In this document: piece by piece, positions 10,211 through 21,466 of the stretch | Layout: the number at the start of each line of letters is the position of its first letter | Numbering within the stretch: position 1 is the stretch's first letter | Assembly (NCBI GenBank): GCA_001788295.1 | Contig: MGBO01000021.1 | Location: forward strand, 74,003 to 138,002 | Direction: 5' to 3' | DNA: 64,000 nt | Source of the DNA: Candidatus Roizmanbacteria bacterium RIFOXYC1_FULL_41_16 | GTDB lineage: Bacteria > Patescibacteriota > Microgenomatia > UBA1406 | The notes under the pieces: generated by a model | Seen by the model: the letters and a program-made list of their open reading frames with translations, nothing else | Database searches by the model: none | Told to the model about the DNA's origin: nothing | Position numbers and translations under genes: made by a program

Positions 10211-11220
10211 CCTTGCGGGTGCTGTTGATACCATTTCACCAAAGAATTTACCGAATCGGCCAAAGAATGAGTCGGTTGCCAACCCAACACCTGTTGGATT
10301 TTTTTGTTTGAACTGACCGCCCGGGAAACATCGGTATGGCGGCGCTCACCAACGGTCTTTTTGATTTTGACTCCAGTAATTTCCTCAACGGTTTTAATTA
10401 TTTGCAAAACCGAGTTTCCCTTGCCGGTGCCGAGATTAAAAACATCGTGTGACTTCACGCTGTCTAAATACTGCAACGCCAAAATATGGGCCTGATTCAA
10501 ATCCACCACATTCACATAGTCGCGAATCGGAGTCTGGTCAGGCGTGTCTACAGCAGTATTGTTTAAGGCAAAAGGTGCAATTCCCAGAGCGCCGCGGACC
10601 GCGTTTTGCATCAGGTGAAAAGACGGTTTTTTGGAATCTCCAATCGCCCCATCATCGGTGGCGCCGCAGACATTAAAGTAGCGCAAAAAAATATATTTCA
10701 ATCCAAACAATTGAGAATACCAATCAATCATCCGTTCGCACATAAATTTGGATTCCGAATATGGATGATTGGTGGGATCAAGGGGGTGGTTTTCATCAAT
10801 AAACTCTGCTTTTGGTTCGCCATAAACGGAGCAGGAGGAAGAAAACAACAATCTATTAATCTTGTGTTTAATCAAGCCCTCCAATAAAGCCAGGGTGGTA
10901 CTGACGTTCTGACCAAAGTACAGCTCTGGGTGTTTTTCCGATTCGCCCACGTTACAAAAAGCTGCATAATGAATCACGGCGCCAATATTTGGCTCGCTTT
11001 CCAATACTGTATTAATCTCTGTTCGAATGTCTTTGGCATAATAACGGAACTGGTCCTTGGAATATTTATGGCTCAAAAAACTCAATGGGCCCTCAAATCC
11101 GCGTACAAAGTTGTCCACCCCAACCACTTCATAACCCTGCTGCAAGAGCAGGTAAGTGGCCACCGAACCGATATAACCACCGGCTCCAGTCACCAAAATT
11201 TTAGATTTTGTCTTTGGCAT
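10198..11220 (-). CDS. galE: UDP-glucose 4-epimerase
   Basis: TGAGGYIGS, VGES, YSESK, LRYFNVCGA, IRDYVNVVDL, FNLGTG. Confidence 0.9.
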   Translation of the reverse strand: MPKTKSKILVTGAGGYIGSVATYLLLQQGYEVVGVDNFVRGFEGPLSFLSHKYSKDQFRYYAKDIRTEINTVLESEPNIGAVIHYAAFCNVGESEKHPELYFGQNVSTTLALLEGLIKHKINRLLFSSSCSVYGEPKAEFIDENHPLDPTNHPYSESKFMCERMIDWYSQLFGLKYIFLRYFNVCGATDDGAIGDSKKPSFHLMQNAVRGALGIAPFALNNTAVDTPDQTPIRDYVNVVDLNQAHILALQYLDSVKSHDVFNLGTGKGNSVLQIIKTVEEITGVKIKKTVGERRHTDVSRAVSSNKKIQQVLGWQPTHSLADSVNSLVKWYQQHPQGWTK

Positions 11221-11548
11221 AAACCGAAATTAACTTTTTGTATTTTCCTCTAACCGCACGTTCAATATCCACGCCCACGGCGTTTGCTAGCATAATCACA
11301 GATAAAATTACATCGGCAAATTCCTCATACATATTGGATTTCTCAAACTCAGCCAGCTTGCTTTTGCGCTGCAAGGACAGAATCGACAAAATATCATTGG
11401 ACAGTTCACCGACCTCTTCCTGTAGTTTGACAGTTCGGGCTAAAATATCTTTTTCTTTCTTGGTCAGAGAATGAAATTTGATACGCAATTCCAGTTCATG
11501 CGATTTTAAAGCCTTTTGTAATTCCTTAAGTGTGTAATTATTCTGCAT
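11201..11548 (-). CDS. MazG-like nucleotide pyrophosphohydrolase
   Basis: KLQEEVGEL...EEFADV motif. Confidence 0.8.
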   Translation of the reverse strand: MQNNYTLKELQKALKSHELELRIKFHSLTKKEKDILARTVKLQEEVGELSNDILSILSLQRKSKLAEFEKSNMYEEFADVILSVIMLANAVGVDIERAVRGKYKKLISVYAKDKI

Positions 11549-11562
11549 ATTGATATTTTACT

Positions 11563-12822
11563 CTACCGGACCCAAGTTTCCAAAACCAATTGCCGATAGG
11601 TCTGCTGGCGCTTTTGATGATAACCCAAATCAATCAGCCGTTTTTGATAATCAAAACCATAAATTTCCGCTGTGTAAGGGACAACCAGAAGTTGTTTGGC
11701 CATTAAAGCTGAAAAACGCAGATCCTTAATCAATAACTCCGGTCGATAGTAGTTAATTCCCTCCAAGGAACTCACGATTCCGTAAACCAAAGTCTTTTCA
11801 GGCAAATCACGCGCCAGACTCTGCCAATCCTCACGGTGAAATTGAGGAAACAATAAATAAACCAAAGAAAACCCGATAAAACCAATCAAAATAAAAATCT
11901 TCAAATAGTTATTTTTAAGCCCCTGATTTAATAAAATCGCCAAAACCGGCAATAAGTATAAAAATCGAAAATAAGAGAGTAGGGGAGAGACAAATGAAAA
12001 AACTAAGGCCAATAAAAGGGGAGTCATCAGTAAAATTGCTTTTGGATCGCGCCATTTAAGCCGGCTCCAAACCATTGTTGTCCAGAGCCCAGCAATCAGA
12101 TAATAGGCGGCTTTGGGTTCAAAACTAATCCGGCCAATGCTGAACTTTAGCGGAATAAGTAACAGATTTTTAAGACTGGCCGTACCCAACACATTTTTCC
12201 AGTTGACTACCAGGGCTGTGATCTCTTGGGAGTTGTGCCACTGTTGCCAAAGCAGTGGCATCGCCATCCCCACTGTTATCAATGTCGAGCCAAAGGTTAA
12301 CATTAAGAAGCGCCAATTTTTAATAACCAGTAAATAGAACATCAAGCCAACGATAAAAAATATGGCGCCATAAAAAGTCTGAAACGCCAAAATTATAGCC
12401 AAACAATAAAGCCAGGCATTTTTTCGCTCTAGGCTGTAAAAGGCCAGTGTCAATAAAAAAGTGACCATCAAATACATTCTGGCTTCCTGAGAATAATAGA
12501 TAACCAAGGGATTAAATAAAAAAAAAGCGGCCGGCCATAGGCCCTTAAGGCGGTAGAGCAACCAGCCCACGCCCAAACTGAAAAGTATTGAAGGCATCCG
12601 CAAGCTGATTTCACTCAAACCAAAAAAAGTGGTCCATAGTTTCATTAACAAGTAATACGATGTTGGGTGAAAATCTTGTGGGGCAAAGTTCGTCATAATT
12701 TGCGTCCAAGATAAGTCACGCACCACTACTGCTGTTACTGCTTCATCCAGCCACAAAGACTGATTAAGGCCGATAAGCCGCAAAGATAAAGCAATAGCAA
12801 AGATCGCAATAACTTTTTTCAT
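11563..12822 (-). CDS. GT-C fold membrane glycosyltransferase (ArnT/PMT-like)
   Basis: SLWLDEA, DFHP, LRMPS, YSQEARMY. Confidence 0.8.
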   Translation of the reverse strand: MKKVIAIFAIALSLRLIGLNQSLWLDEAVTAVVVRDLSWTQIMTNFAPQDFHPTSYYLLMKLWTTFFGLSEISLRMPSILFSLGVGWLLYRLKGLWPAAFFLFNPLVIYYSQEARMYLMVTFLLTLAFYSLERKNAWLYCLAIILAFQTFYGAIFFIVGLMFYLLVIKNWRFLMLTFGSTLITVGMAMPLLWQQWHNSQEITALVVNWKNVLGTASLKNLLLIPLKFSIGRISFEPKAAYYLIAGLWTTMVWSRLKWRDPKAILLMTPLLLALVFSFVSPLLSYFRFLYLLPVLAILLNQGLKNNYLKIFILIGFIGFSLVYLLFPQFHREDWQSLARDLPEKTLVYGIVSSLEGINYYRPELLIKDLRFSALMAKQLLVVPYTAEIYGFDYQKRLIDLGYHQKRQQTYRQLVLETWVR

Positions 12823-12842
12823 TAAGATAAAATATAGTATAT

Positions 12843-14145
12843 ATGAAAAAGTCCTGGTTGCTGATTTTTTTCGCTTACTGGCTGTTTTTTTGGCTTATCC
12901 CGCCGCTACAGACACCGGACGAAAACGATCATTACGAAACCGTCTACTGGCTTGCCAAAGGCGTTTATCCGTATCAGCCCAGAAATCGCCAGCTGATCAA
13001 ACCCCGCTTTACCGATGAACTTTTTGAAACTGTGGATTTGAAAATGAAAGACCCTAATCGCAATTTTAATTTACCGGATTTTAAAAAAATTGAAACCTCT
13101 CGACTAAAACAAAAGCATAGCTACTCAGCCAAACAGCAAGCCGGCTTTATTCCAATCACCCTGCAGTCTTACCAAACCCCGCTATATCACTTTACTGCCG
13201 CTTGGATTTTCAAACTGGGCCAGTTTCTTCGACTCAGTCTGTGGCACCTGTCTTATTTTACGCGGCTGACTTCGGCGCTTTTTTATTTTGGCTTGGTTTA
13301 TTATGCCTATAAATCCCTGCGTTTACTTTTCCCAAAAAAAGTTGCCCAGCCACTTTTTTTATTTTTTGCTCTCAATCCGCAAGTAATTCGTAGTGGCATC
13401 TCAATCAACCCCGACATTGCCCAAGCTTTTTTGGCCATGTTTTTCTTATATTTAGTGCTGAAAGCCAAAATTAATACTATTCAAGCGGCAATCGTGGCCG
13501 GCCTGACTGGTCTGGCCAAATTTTCCGGCGTCTTTACCGCTCCCGTTGCTAATCTACTAATTTTGCTTACCAAACAACCTTGGACACAAAAATTACAAAA
13601 AATTATTTTTTTTAACTTAATATTTTTGTTGTTATTGGCGCCTTGGTTTTATTTAAATTACAGCCGATACGGCACGCTCACGACCACCAGCGGTTTTTTT
13701 ATCGCCTCCAGCCATCAAATCGTCCCTCGGCCAATAGGCAAAGCCTTAATTCTGGCCGTTCTGGACTTTCGCCACACCCTGATGCACTTCAGCGGCTTTC
13801 TTGGCGCCGGCAACGAACGATATCCCTTTAAATTCTTTTTTATCATTTATACCGTTTCTTTGGTCCTGTTTGGTTTTTGGGGTTTTCTCAGATTTATCAA
13901 AAAACCAAACCCCTATCGTCACACTCTTTTAATTTATGGCTTTTTCTATTTGGCTTTTTTGTATTACCTGGCTTTTTTCTTTCAAAAATCCGGCCTCAAT
14001 TGGGATATTCAAGGCCGTTACTTTCTCAATGGCTTTTTTTTGCTGACTATCTGTTTAGGTTATATAATCAGGCCAAAGTATTTGGCCATGTTTGGTTTTT
14101 GGCATTATTTATTTATATTAAGCTTTGTGCTTATTCCAGGCTATT

Positions 14146-14153
<8 letters not shown>
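12843..14153 (+). CDS. GT-C-like membrane protein (DUF2142-like)
   Basis: PPLQTPDENDH, NPD and QGRYF motifs; many TM helices. Confidence 0.7.
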
Positions 14154-15324
<1,171 letters not shown>

Positions 15325-15369
15325 TTAACAACTATTAATAAGCCTTAATTGTATCGAAAGATCCATGGG

Positions 15370-15397
15370 TTGACAAACGCAAATCTATTGATAGAAT
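15370..15397 (+). promoter_or_regulatory. Strong sigma70 promoter with extended -10
   Basis: TTGACA-16 bp-TAGAAT, with TGn before the -10. Confidence 0.7.
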
Positions 15398-15403
15398 GCT
15401 TTT

Positions 15404-15475
15404 ATGAATTTGTTGCTTTGTAATTATCAATTGACAGTTTTATTTTTTAACCCGCTCTGGCGGGATGTGGATTAG
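15404..15475 (+). CDS. Putative leader peptide MNLLLCNYQLTVLFFNPLWRDVD (23 aa)
   Basis: ATG 6 nt after the -10; the 3' part overlaps attenuator segments 1 and 2. Confidence 0.6.
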   Translation: MNLLLCNYQLTVLFFNPLWRDVD

Positions 15476-15500
15476 TTAATCGCTTAAATTAACAGTTCTT

Positions 15501-15525
15501 CCCGCCAAAATTGGCGGGTTTTTTT
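15501..15525 (+). terminator. Intrinsic terminator (attenuator) directly before the GNAT start
   Basis: CCCGCCAA-AA-TTGGCGGG followed by T7. Confidence 0.85.
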
Positions 15526-16611
15526 ATGCCAAAAATGACAGAATACAATCTAAGATCTGCGGTTTTAAGTGATGCCGCGCCATTAACCGAATTAGTAGCC
15601 GCAGCTATACCAGGTTATCCTTTTGTGGGTGTATATGATTCTGAACAAGTAGCCCAAAGTATCAGAAATGGCGAATATCGGATACTGGCTGAAATGCCTG
15701 AAATCGGTGTTGTCGCCACGGCGGTATTAGGAACTGAATCTGTCATGAGTGAAATCAAACGTGTCGTCGTGCATCCAAAAATGCGTAAGAATGGATTGGC
15801 CAGTCAGATGACTATTAGGCTCGCCGGTGAAGCCAAACAATTAGGACATATTCCCTGGGCTGATGTCCGAGCCGATCAGATTGGAATGCAACGCGCCGCA
15901 CTTGCCGCCGGACTGTCCCCGGTTTGTCTGGAACCTGGTAAACACGTTGTTTATGATCATTTATATCTTAATTTTGGCTCAAAACGGCCAGCCAGAGAAA
16001 CAATGATTCACATGACCAGTCTTCCGGTCGATTTAGACAAACTTGCCAGTCACCTTAAAGCTTGGCCAATTACTCTCCGAAATAGATTATTAACCGAGTT
16101 GTATTCGTCACTAAAACCCCAAAGATATCAGGAAATGGTTGCCGAAAAAGCCTTACCAAGCGCTATTGAAGTCAATCACCGAATCAGTCAAAGAATCAAT
16201 CAAGAGGTAAAAAATTTGATCAAAGAGGAATCGGCCGATTTCTGCCAAATAAAATTCCAAGGTCATCAATTATTGATCATCAAACCGGATGCCTCTGGCT
16301 TTTTTACCATTAATCATGATTTAAACTTTCCCGAATTGATTAAAATCGCCAAGCGTGTCGGTTTACAGATAATTACTTGTTATGTTGACACCAAACAGAT
16401 CAATCTTTTGGATAGTCTAGACACCGCCGGTTTTATTCCGGCAATGATCAGACCGTGGCAAGAAGAGGGAAGTGAGCCAGTTTGGCAAGTAGGCTGGCAA
16501 TATCGTCTCAATGACTATGGTTCTTGCCAACATCAAGTTTTTCTTGATCCAAACGTCGAAAATATGTTACTTAATCAGTTTTCATTATTACAATTGTCCG
16601 TTGAAAATTAA
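15526..16611 (+). CDS. GNAT-family N-acetyltransferase with C-terminal extension (AblB/YodP-like N-terminus)
   Basis: LRSAVLSDA..L, YPF..YD, EIKRVVVHPKMRKNGLA acetyl-CoA motif; start reset to ATG 15526. Confidence 0.7.
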   Translation: MPKMTEYNLRSAVLSDAAPLTELVAAAIPGYPFVGVYDSEQVAQSIRNGEYRILAEMPEIGVVATAVLGTESVMSEIKRVVVHPKMRKNGLASQMTIRLAGEAKQLGHIPWADVRADQIGMQRAALAAGLSPVCLEPGKHVVYDHLYLNFGSKRPARETMIHMTSLPVDLDKLASHLKAWPITLRNRLLTELYSSLKPQRYQEMVAEKALPSAIEVNHRISQRINQEVKNLIKEESADFCQIKFQGHQLLIIKPDASGFFTINHDLNFPELIKIAKRVGLQIITCYVDTKQINLLDSLDTAGFIPAMIRPWQEEGSEPVWQVGWQYRLNDYGSCQHQVFLDPNVENMLLNQFSLLQLSVEN

Positions 16612-16628
16612 GTTGTTAAAATACATTC

Positions 16629-17699
16629 ATGCTGAAAAATATTATTGAACTTACCAAAAAGCTGGTTCAAATTCCCTCCATTGCCGACAAGCCGGAAGAA
16701 CTGAAACGAGTTTTAGAGACCGCTTTGAAAGAAGTATCGCAGTTCTCAATTGAGCGATTCTATGAGAATAATAATCCCAGTGCGATTGTATACTCAGGCA
16801 AAAAACGACCGGATAAATTCAGAGTTATTCTAAGCGGCCATTTAGACGTAGTCCCGGGACACAAAGACCAATATCAAGTAATTGAAAAAAACGGGCGGCT
16901 TTATGGTCGAGGAACCGATGATATGAAAGCCGGCTGTGCCGCCATTATTTTACTTTTTAAGGAACTAGCTGATAAATTGTCCTTTCCGCTTGGCCTGCAA
17001 CTGACTACCGATGAAGAAACAGGTGGATTTGCGGGTGTCAAACATCAGGTAGAGAAGGGAATTAAAACTGAATTTTTCCTGACTGCCGAAAGCACCCAAC
17101 TCAATATTAAAAACGAAGCTAAGGGAGTTATCTGGGGCAAAGTAACTGCTAAGGGATCAGCCGCTCACAGCGCCTACCTTTGGAATGGAAACAATGCCGC
17201 CTGGAAAATCAAAGCCTTTTTGAACAAACTAGAGCAGGCATTTCCCGTGCCCAAAAAAGAAACCTGGCAAACTACCGTTAATCTGTCACTTATAAATACG
17301 CCGAATCAAACTTTCAACAAAGTTCCCGACAAGGCCAGCGCCGGTTTTGACTGCCGCTATATTCCGGCAGATCGTGGCAGTATTCTTGCCAAGTTAAAAA
17401 GCTTAGTTCCCAACGACCTGAGCCTGGAAATTTTGGAAAACGAATCTTTCCATTACTGCAGTCCCAAAAGCGAGTTTATCAGTAAGCTAAGCAATAGTAT
17501 TAACAAAGTTGCTAATCAACAAGCCATTCTCAATCACGGTCACGGCGCCAGCGACGCTCGCCACTACAGCGCTGTCGGGACTTCGGCCATTGAATTTGGT
17601 CCGATCGGCAACGGCCTGCATTCGGATGACGAGTGGGTAGACACCCAAAGCCTGCTTCTTTTTTACAATGTTCTTAAGGAATATCTACTTGGTCTTTAG
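16629..17699 (+). CDS. M20 metallopeptidase / ArgE-DapE-like deacylase
   Basis: GHLDVVP, YGRGTDDMK, DEETGG, SDAR, FGP...HSDDE. Confidence 0.85.
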   Translation: MLKNIIELTKKLVQIPSIADKPEELKRVLETALKEVSQFSIERFYENNNPSAIVYSGKKRPDKFRVILSGHLDVVPGHKDQYQVIEKNGRLYGRGTDDMKAGCAAIILLFKELADKLSFPLGLQLTTDEETGGFAGVKHQVEKGIKTEFFLTAESTQLNIKNEAKGVIWGKVTAKGSAAHSAYLWNGNNAAWKIKAFLNKLEQAFPVPKKETWQTTVNLSLINTPNQTFNKVPDKASAGFDCRYIPADRGSILAKLKSLVPNDLSLEILENESFHYCSPKSEFISKLSNSINKVANQQAILNHGHGASDARHYSAVGTSAIEFGPIGNGLHSDDEWVDTQSLLLFYNVLKEYLLGL

Positions 17700-19007
17700 C
17701 AAATCAGTGCTTCCATCTAGCATTGACTGAGGAATAGCCACCTCAGGTGAATTCACTTCGCCAAAAAACCAACCGCAGCTGGTAAAACCGATTAATGTTT
17801 CCAGTTTAGCCAATAATAACAACAACTGCTGTTCGTCTAGACCAGACGCCAAACCATTTTTCCAAAAAGGACGGACAAAGTCCTGGCCACTTAAAATCAA
17901 GTCTCTTAATGGTAGGATTAGCTTAATAAAATGGTTTCGCCAACCAAAACATTTCTCGTCTAGTAATTCATTAATTTCATGATTATTGGCAGTCAAACCT
18001 AAGTATAAGCGATTGCGTTCGTTAATTATGGCCTCAGACGGCGGCCCATTATTCCCACAATTACACTTGCCGGTCCAACGACCCAATTGATGATCGCAAC
18101 TCCAACTCGTGCCATCATTAACTTCGGCTTGTGTCAATTCGGCCATTAATCCGTAGCGGACATTTAAAAGGTTAAGCTGTTGGTCTTTAAAAGAAGTCTT
18201 CAACGCCCGCAACAAAAATTGGTCGCGACCTGGGCCGTGATGGCCATAAAACTCAGTATCAGAAATGCCAATTCTGTATGGATTATCACTATTAGCTAGC
18301 TCTTGTGCAAACCGATCAGCGTTAGTTGTTGTTTCGGGATTAAAAGAAATTGCCTTTCCCAAAGATTTGTTTCCAATTAAAACTTTAAGTTCGCCAATTT
18401 GGGCAAAATTAGGATTTCGGCTCTTCTCCCCAAATAGTTTCAATTGATCGTCTCTAAGAACCACAAATTCATAACCCTCCTGTACCAATAAAGCCAAAGT
18501 TTCAAAACTGACGGCAGTTTCTGGTAACCAAAAACCAGCGCTGTCAAAACCAAAGTCATCTTTAAACGCCTGCTTGCCTAATTCAATCAGCATCGCCTGA
18601 TCGTCTGAGGGCAACAAAGGCAGAATAACATGCAGCCAAGGATCAGCTAAAATCGTATACTCTTTATCTGAGGTTATCGACAATCTGTTTTTAAAAGTCT
18701 GCCATAATTGAGGTTGATGAAGTTTGAAATAGCTGCGTAGCGAAGCAAAACAAGAGAATACCCAGCCTGGCGGAAAGGGGGAGAGGTTTTCGTCTTCGCC
18801 AAGCCCAAATAAAGGTTTATAAACTTGCTCGGTAATTCTCTGATTAAATTCCGGCGCAACTGAGATTTTAACCTGGTGTTCAATTCCCAAAAAAGACAAA
18901 TCGATTAATACTTCCCGTGGCGGCTGATATGTATGACTGATAAATCCCACAGCTGTTTCCTGCTTTTTAATCTCTAACTGCGGATCTATCAATAAGGATT
19001 CGATCAT
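17685..19007 (-). CDS. Glycoside hydrolase family 57 (DUF3536-like)
   Basis: HTYQPPRE, HVILPLL, GFWLPETAV, DTEFYGHH, SWSCDHQLGRW, FTSCGWFF; start reset to ATG 19007. Confidence 0.8.
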   Translation of the reverse strand: MIESLLIDPQLEIKKQETAVGFISHTYQPPREVLIDLSFLGIEHQVKISVAPEFNQRITEQVYKPLFGLGEDENLSPFPPGWVFSCFASLRSYFKLHQPQLWQTFKNRLSITSDKEYTILADPWLHVILPLLPSDDQAMLIELGKQAFKDDFGFDSAGFWLPETAVSFETLALLVQEGYEFVVLRDDQLKLFGEKSRNPNFAQIGELKVLIGNKSLGKAISFNPETTTNADRFAQELANSDNPYRIGISDTEFYGHHGPGRDQFLLRALKTSFKDQQLNLLNVRYGLMAELTQAEVNDGTSWSCDHQLGRWTGKCNCGNNGPPSEAIINERNRLYLGLTANNHEINELLDEKCFGWRNHFIKLILPLRDLILSGQDFVRPFWKNGLASGLDEQQLLLLLAKLETLIGFTSCGWFFGEVNSPEVAIPQSMLDGSTDLLKTK

Positions 19008-19101
19008 TCGTCGACATAATTTAAACCGCTTTGCCGCTCTTGTCAAGTTGACAGATACAAATTGTATATTAAAATATGGTTTTACAAATACATAAAAACC
19101 A

Positions 19102-19518
19102 ATGCCTATTGAATTTTGGTCAAACAGAAGATTAAACAAAGAACAAATTAACGCTACTAATTATTTTGATGATCGACGACCACTTCGATCAACAAAACCT
19201 AAAGATAGCTATGAGCAAATCTTAGAAAGAGATGTTGCTCTGTCACTTTTAGGAGAAATTAGGAATGCTGACAAAAGAAGCCGATATGCGGTTATCTATT
19301 GGGGTATTATTATACCGGAAGAAATCGTTTATATTGTTGACCCTCAGCAGATTAGAAAATATAATCCCAATTGTGTAGATAGTACTTTTACCAATTTATG
19401 GGTCTACTCAAGTAATATTCACCCAGATCTTAACAAACCATGGGAACACTTAATCCTACTATCACCAAATCATCAGTATCCTCATCCATATAGCAAAATG
19501 CTGGATCTAAACGGTTAA
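19102..19518 (+). CDS. Hypothetical protein (AT-rich)
   Basis: 138-aa ORF filling the gap; no recognised motif. Confidence 0.5.
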   Translation: MPIEFWSNRRLNKEQINATNYFDDRRPLRSTKPKDSYEQILERDVALSLLGEIRNADKRSRYAVIYWGIIIPEEIVYIVDPQQIRKYNPNCVDSTFTNLWVYSSNIHPDLNKPWEHLILLSPNHQYPHPYSKMLDLNG

Positions 19519-19543
19519 AACAAAAACCATCGATAATTAACTT

Positions 19544-20641
19544 TTACTTTTTGAACTTCTTTTCCAGTTTGGCCAGACGTTCTACAATGCCGCCGTATTC
19601 CAGCTCGTCTCTGGGCACCATAGAGGGCTCCACAAATCCCTGATCACGCATCATAATTGACTTTATAGACGCCCGCTCTCGAACGTAATCCCAGAACGGT
19701 TCGTCAAACAGATCAACATGCTCGGTCATGACTCCGTTTTTGATCGAAATGCCCATGCCCTGCACAATCGGAATACAATAATGCACTGAGGCCGGAGATT
19801 TAAATTTGACCGGCATCAACGGTTGATTGTGTGAGCCGCGTGTATCGCCGCCGACATAATGAGCCAGCCGGAAGCAGCCGCCCACTTCCTCAGTTGCCGG
19901 AAAAATCTTTTGCGCTCTCACAATCGCCACCGGATCATCTTTACCCACATAGCGGCCGGCAATATGCTTTAATCGGGTAATTGAAACGGCCACAGCCTGC
20001 TCAGTGGGATACTCCCGCGACCAAATGCTTTTGATCACATAGCGCCGCGTTTCCCGCAATAAGCAGGCAATATCATACAAATCCTCAGGCGCGTTTAATC
20101 TGATCGTTTTTTCACTCTTTAGATATTCGGTGTCAATAATTTCATAAGTGAAGCCTTTCATAATCGGCGGCGCCAGCATCAGTCCTGGGCACCACATCGG
20201 GTCAGCAAAAGCAAAGTAAAAGGGCAGATTAAAAGCGCCGGGTTCGGTTTTATCCATGGTAAACACCAGGATAGTTTCGTTCTCTCTTTCTTTAAATTCT
20301 ATTTCCGCAACCGCCGGTCCCATACCCTTAACGTTACCGGAAAATGAATCTTTCAAAATATCCTGTCCCGCCCCATACAATCCCTGGCTTTTGGCAACTT
20401 TTGTCCCGAGAATAAACGCGTCCCAAGCCAGCTTGTGAATTCGTTTGTTTTCAACTCCGTGCTTGTGGCTCATCAAAATGGCAATATCGTCGCCGGTATA
20501 GAAGACTTTGTAATCAATCAGCAACTGCTTACTTTTTTGCCGGACGTGATTAAGAACGGTATTTAACAATTTTTCCGAGGGCTTGGTGTGCCCGCCGACA
20601 GAGCCAATGTCAGCCTTGATCAGTGAGAGAGTGATTTTCAT
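19544..20641 (-). CDS. fbp: Bifunctional fructose-1,6-bisphosphate aldolase/phosphatase (class V FBPase)
   Basis: IKADIGSVGGH, GDDIAI, GLYGAGQD, DKTEPGAFN, YVGKDDP with the catalytic Tyr/Lys, RGSH. Confidence 0.92.
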   Translation of the reverse strand: MKITLSLIKADIGSVGGHTKPSEKLLNTVLNHVRQKSKQLLIDYKVFYTGDDIAILMSHKHGVENKRIHKLAWDAFILGTKVAKSQGLYGAGQDILKDSFSGNVKGMGPAVAEIEFKERENETILVFTMDKTEPGAFNLPFYFAFADPMWCPGLMLAPPIMKGFTYEIIDTEYLKSEKTIRLNAPEDLYDIACLLRETRRYVIKSIWSREYPTEQAVAVSITRLKHIAGRYVGKDDPVAIVRAQKIFPATEEVGGCFRLAHYVGGDTRGSHNQPLMPVKFKSPASVHYCIPIVQGMGISIKNGVMTEHVDLFDEPFWDYVRERASIKSIMMRDQGFVEPSMVPRDELEYGGIVERLAKLEKKFKK

Positions 20642-20724
20642 AATCAATCAGTTAATTGATAATTATCATACACTATCATACAGGATAAGAAAATATTACA
20701 GAATTGTCAAGTTTAAGAATTCAG

Positions 20725-21342
20725 TTAGCCAGCACCATAAAGGAATTTTGTCGGCTGGGGTTCGATATTTCTGATTTGCGAAAGTAAATTCAAAAATTGA
20801 GTCCCCCGGTCTATGATTCCGGGATCCTTGCTGTGTTTAATTAAGGCTTCTATAGTTCCGTTTGGTAAACCAAATGGAAGATTAAGATGAACAAGCTCGG
20901 CATAACTAATTAATGGGAGTAGAGAACTATCAGGTAAGAATAATCGGCTGGTTCCATTGGGTGATTTGCCAGGAAAAGCCAAAATTCCATTTAATTTTGC
21001 TAAAGGTTTTTCGCCAAAGGCATCAGCCATTTTGTCATAAAGGTCTTTATCAAAAAATGGATTAATACTTGTTTGCGGACTCAACAAGTATTCTAAGACT
21101 CCTGCGGCGGTATCGGAACAAACGTCCGTCATCGCTCCTAACTGACAAAAAGAACCGAGTCCATTCTGATCAACATGAAACGAATTTCTCATAACATCTT
21201 CAATTGCTTCGTAAGCTTTTTGGATATTTGGAGCCATTCTAACGATCACACCTGGAGTTCCAGTTTTAAGATTATAGCTGCAATAATAGAACGGTCTGAA
21301 ATGGCTTTTTTCTTCAGTACTTAAATTTATTTCTTTTGACAT
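20725..21342 (-). CDS. Hypothetical protein (AT-rich)
   Basis: ORF with TATAAT 9 nt before ATG 21342; no motif recognised. Confidence 0.55.
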   Translation of the reverse strand: MSKEINLSTEEKSHFRPFYYCSYNLKTGTPGVIVRMAPNIQKAYEAIEDVMRNSFHVDQNGLGSFCQLGAMTDVCSDTAAGVLEYLLSPQTSINPFFDKDLYDKMADAFGEKPLAKLNGILAFPGKSPNGTSRLFLPDSSLLPLISYAELVHLNLPFGLPNGTIEALIKHSKDPGIIDRGTQFLNLLSQIRNIEPQPTKFLYGAG

Positions 21343-21466
21343 AGGTTGTATATTATACAATAAATTACCAACACTCACAACCTATAATCTATATTATGGG
21401 ATAAGATAATTAGGATTATGGATCTTGGTCATGACTAGGAGATAGTGAGTGATATAATTATTAATT

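Noticed and set aside
15404..15475. Homology of the leader peptide to the fungal arginine attenuator peptide (LWR) or SpeFL (FFN)
   Set aside because: Only 3-residue matches; the key DY and HIRR motifs are absent
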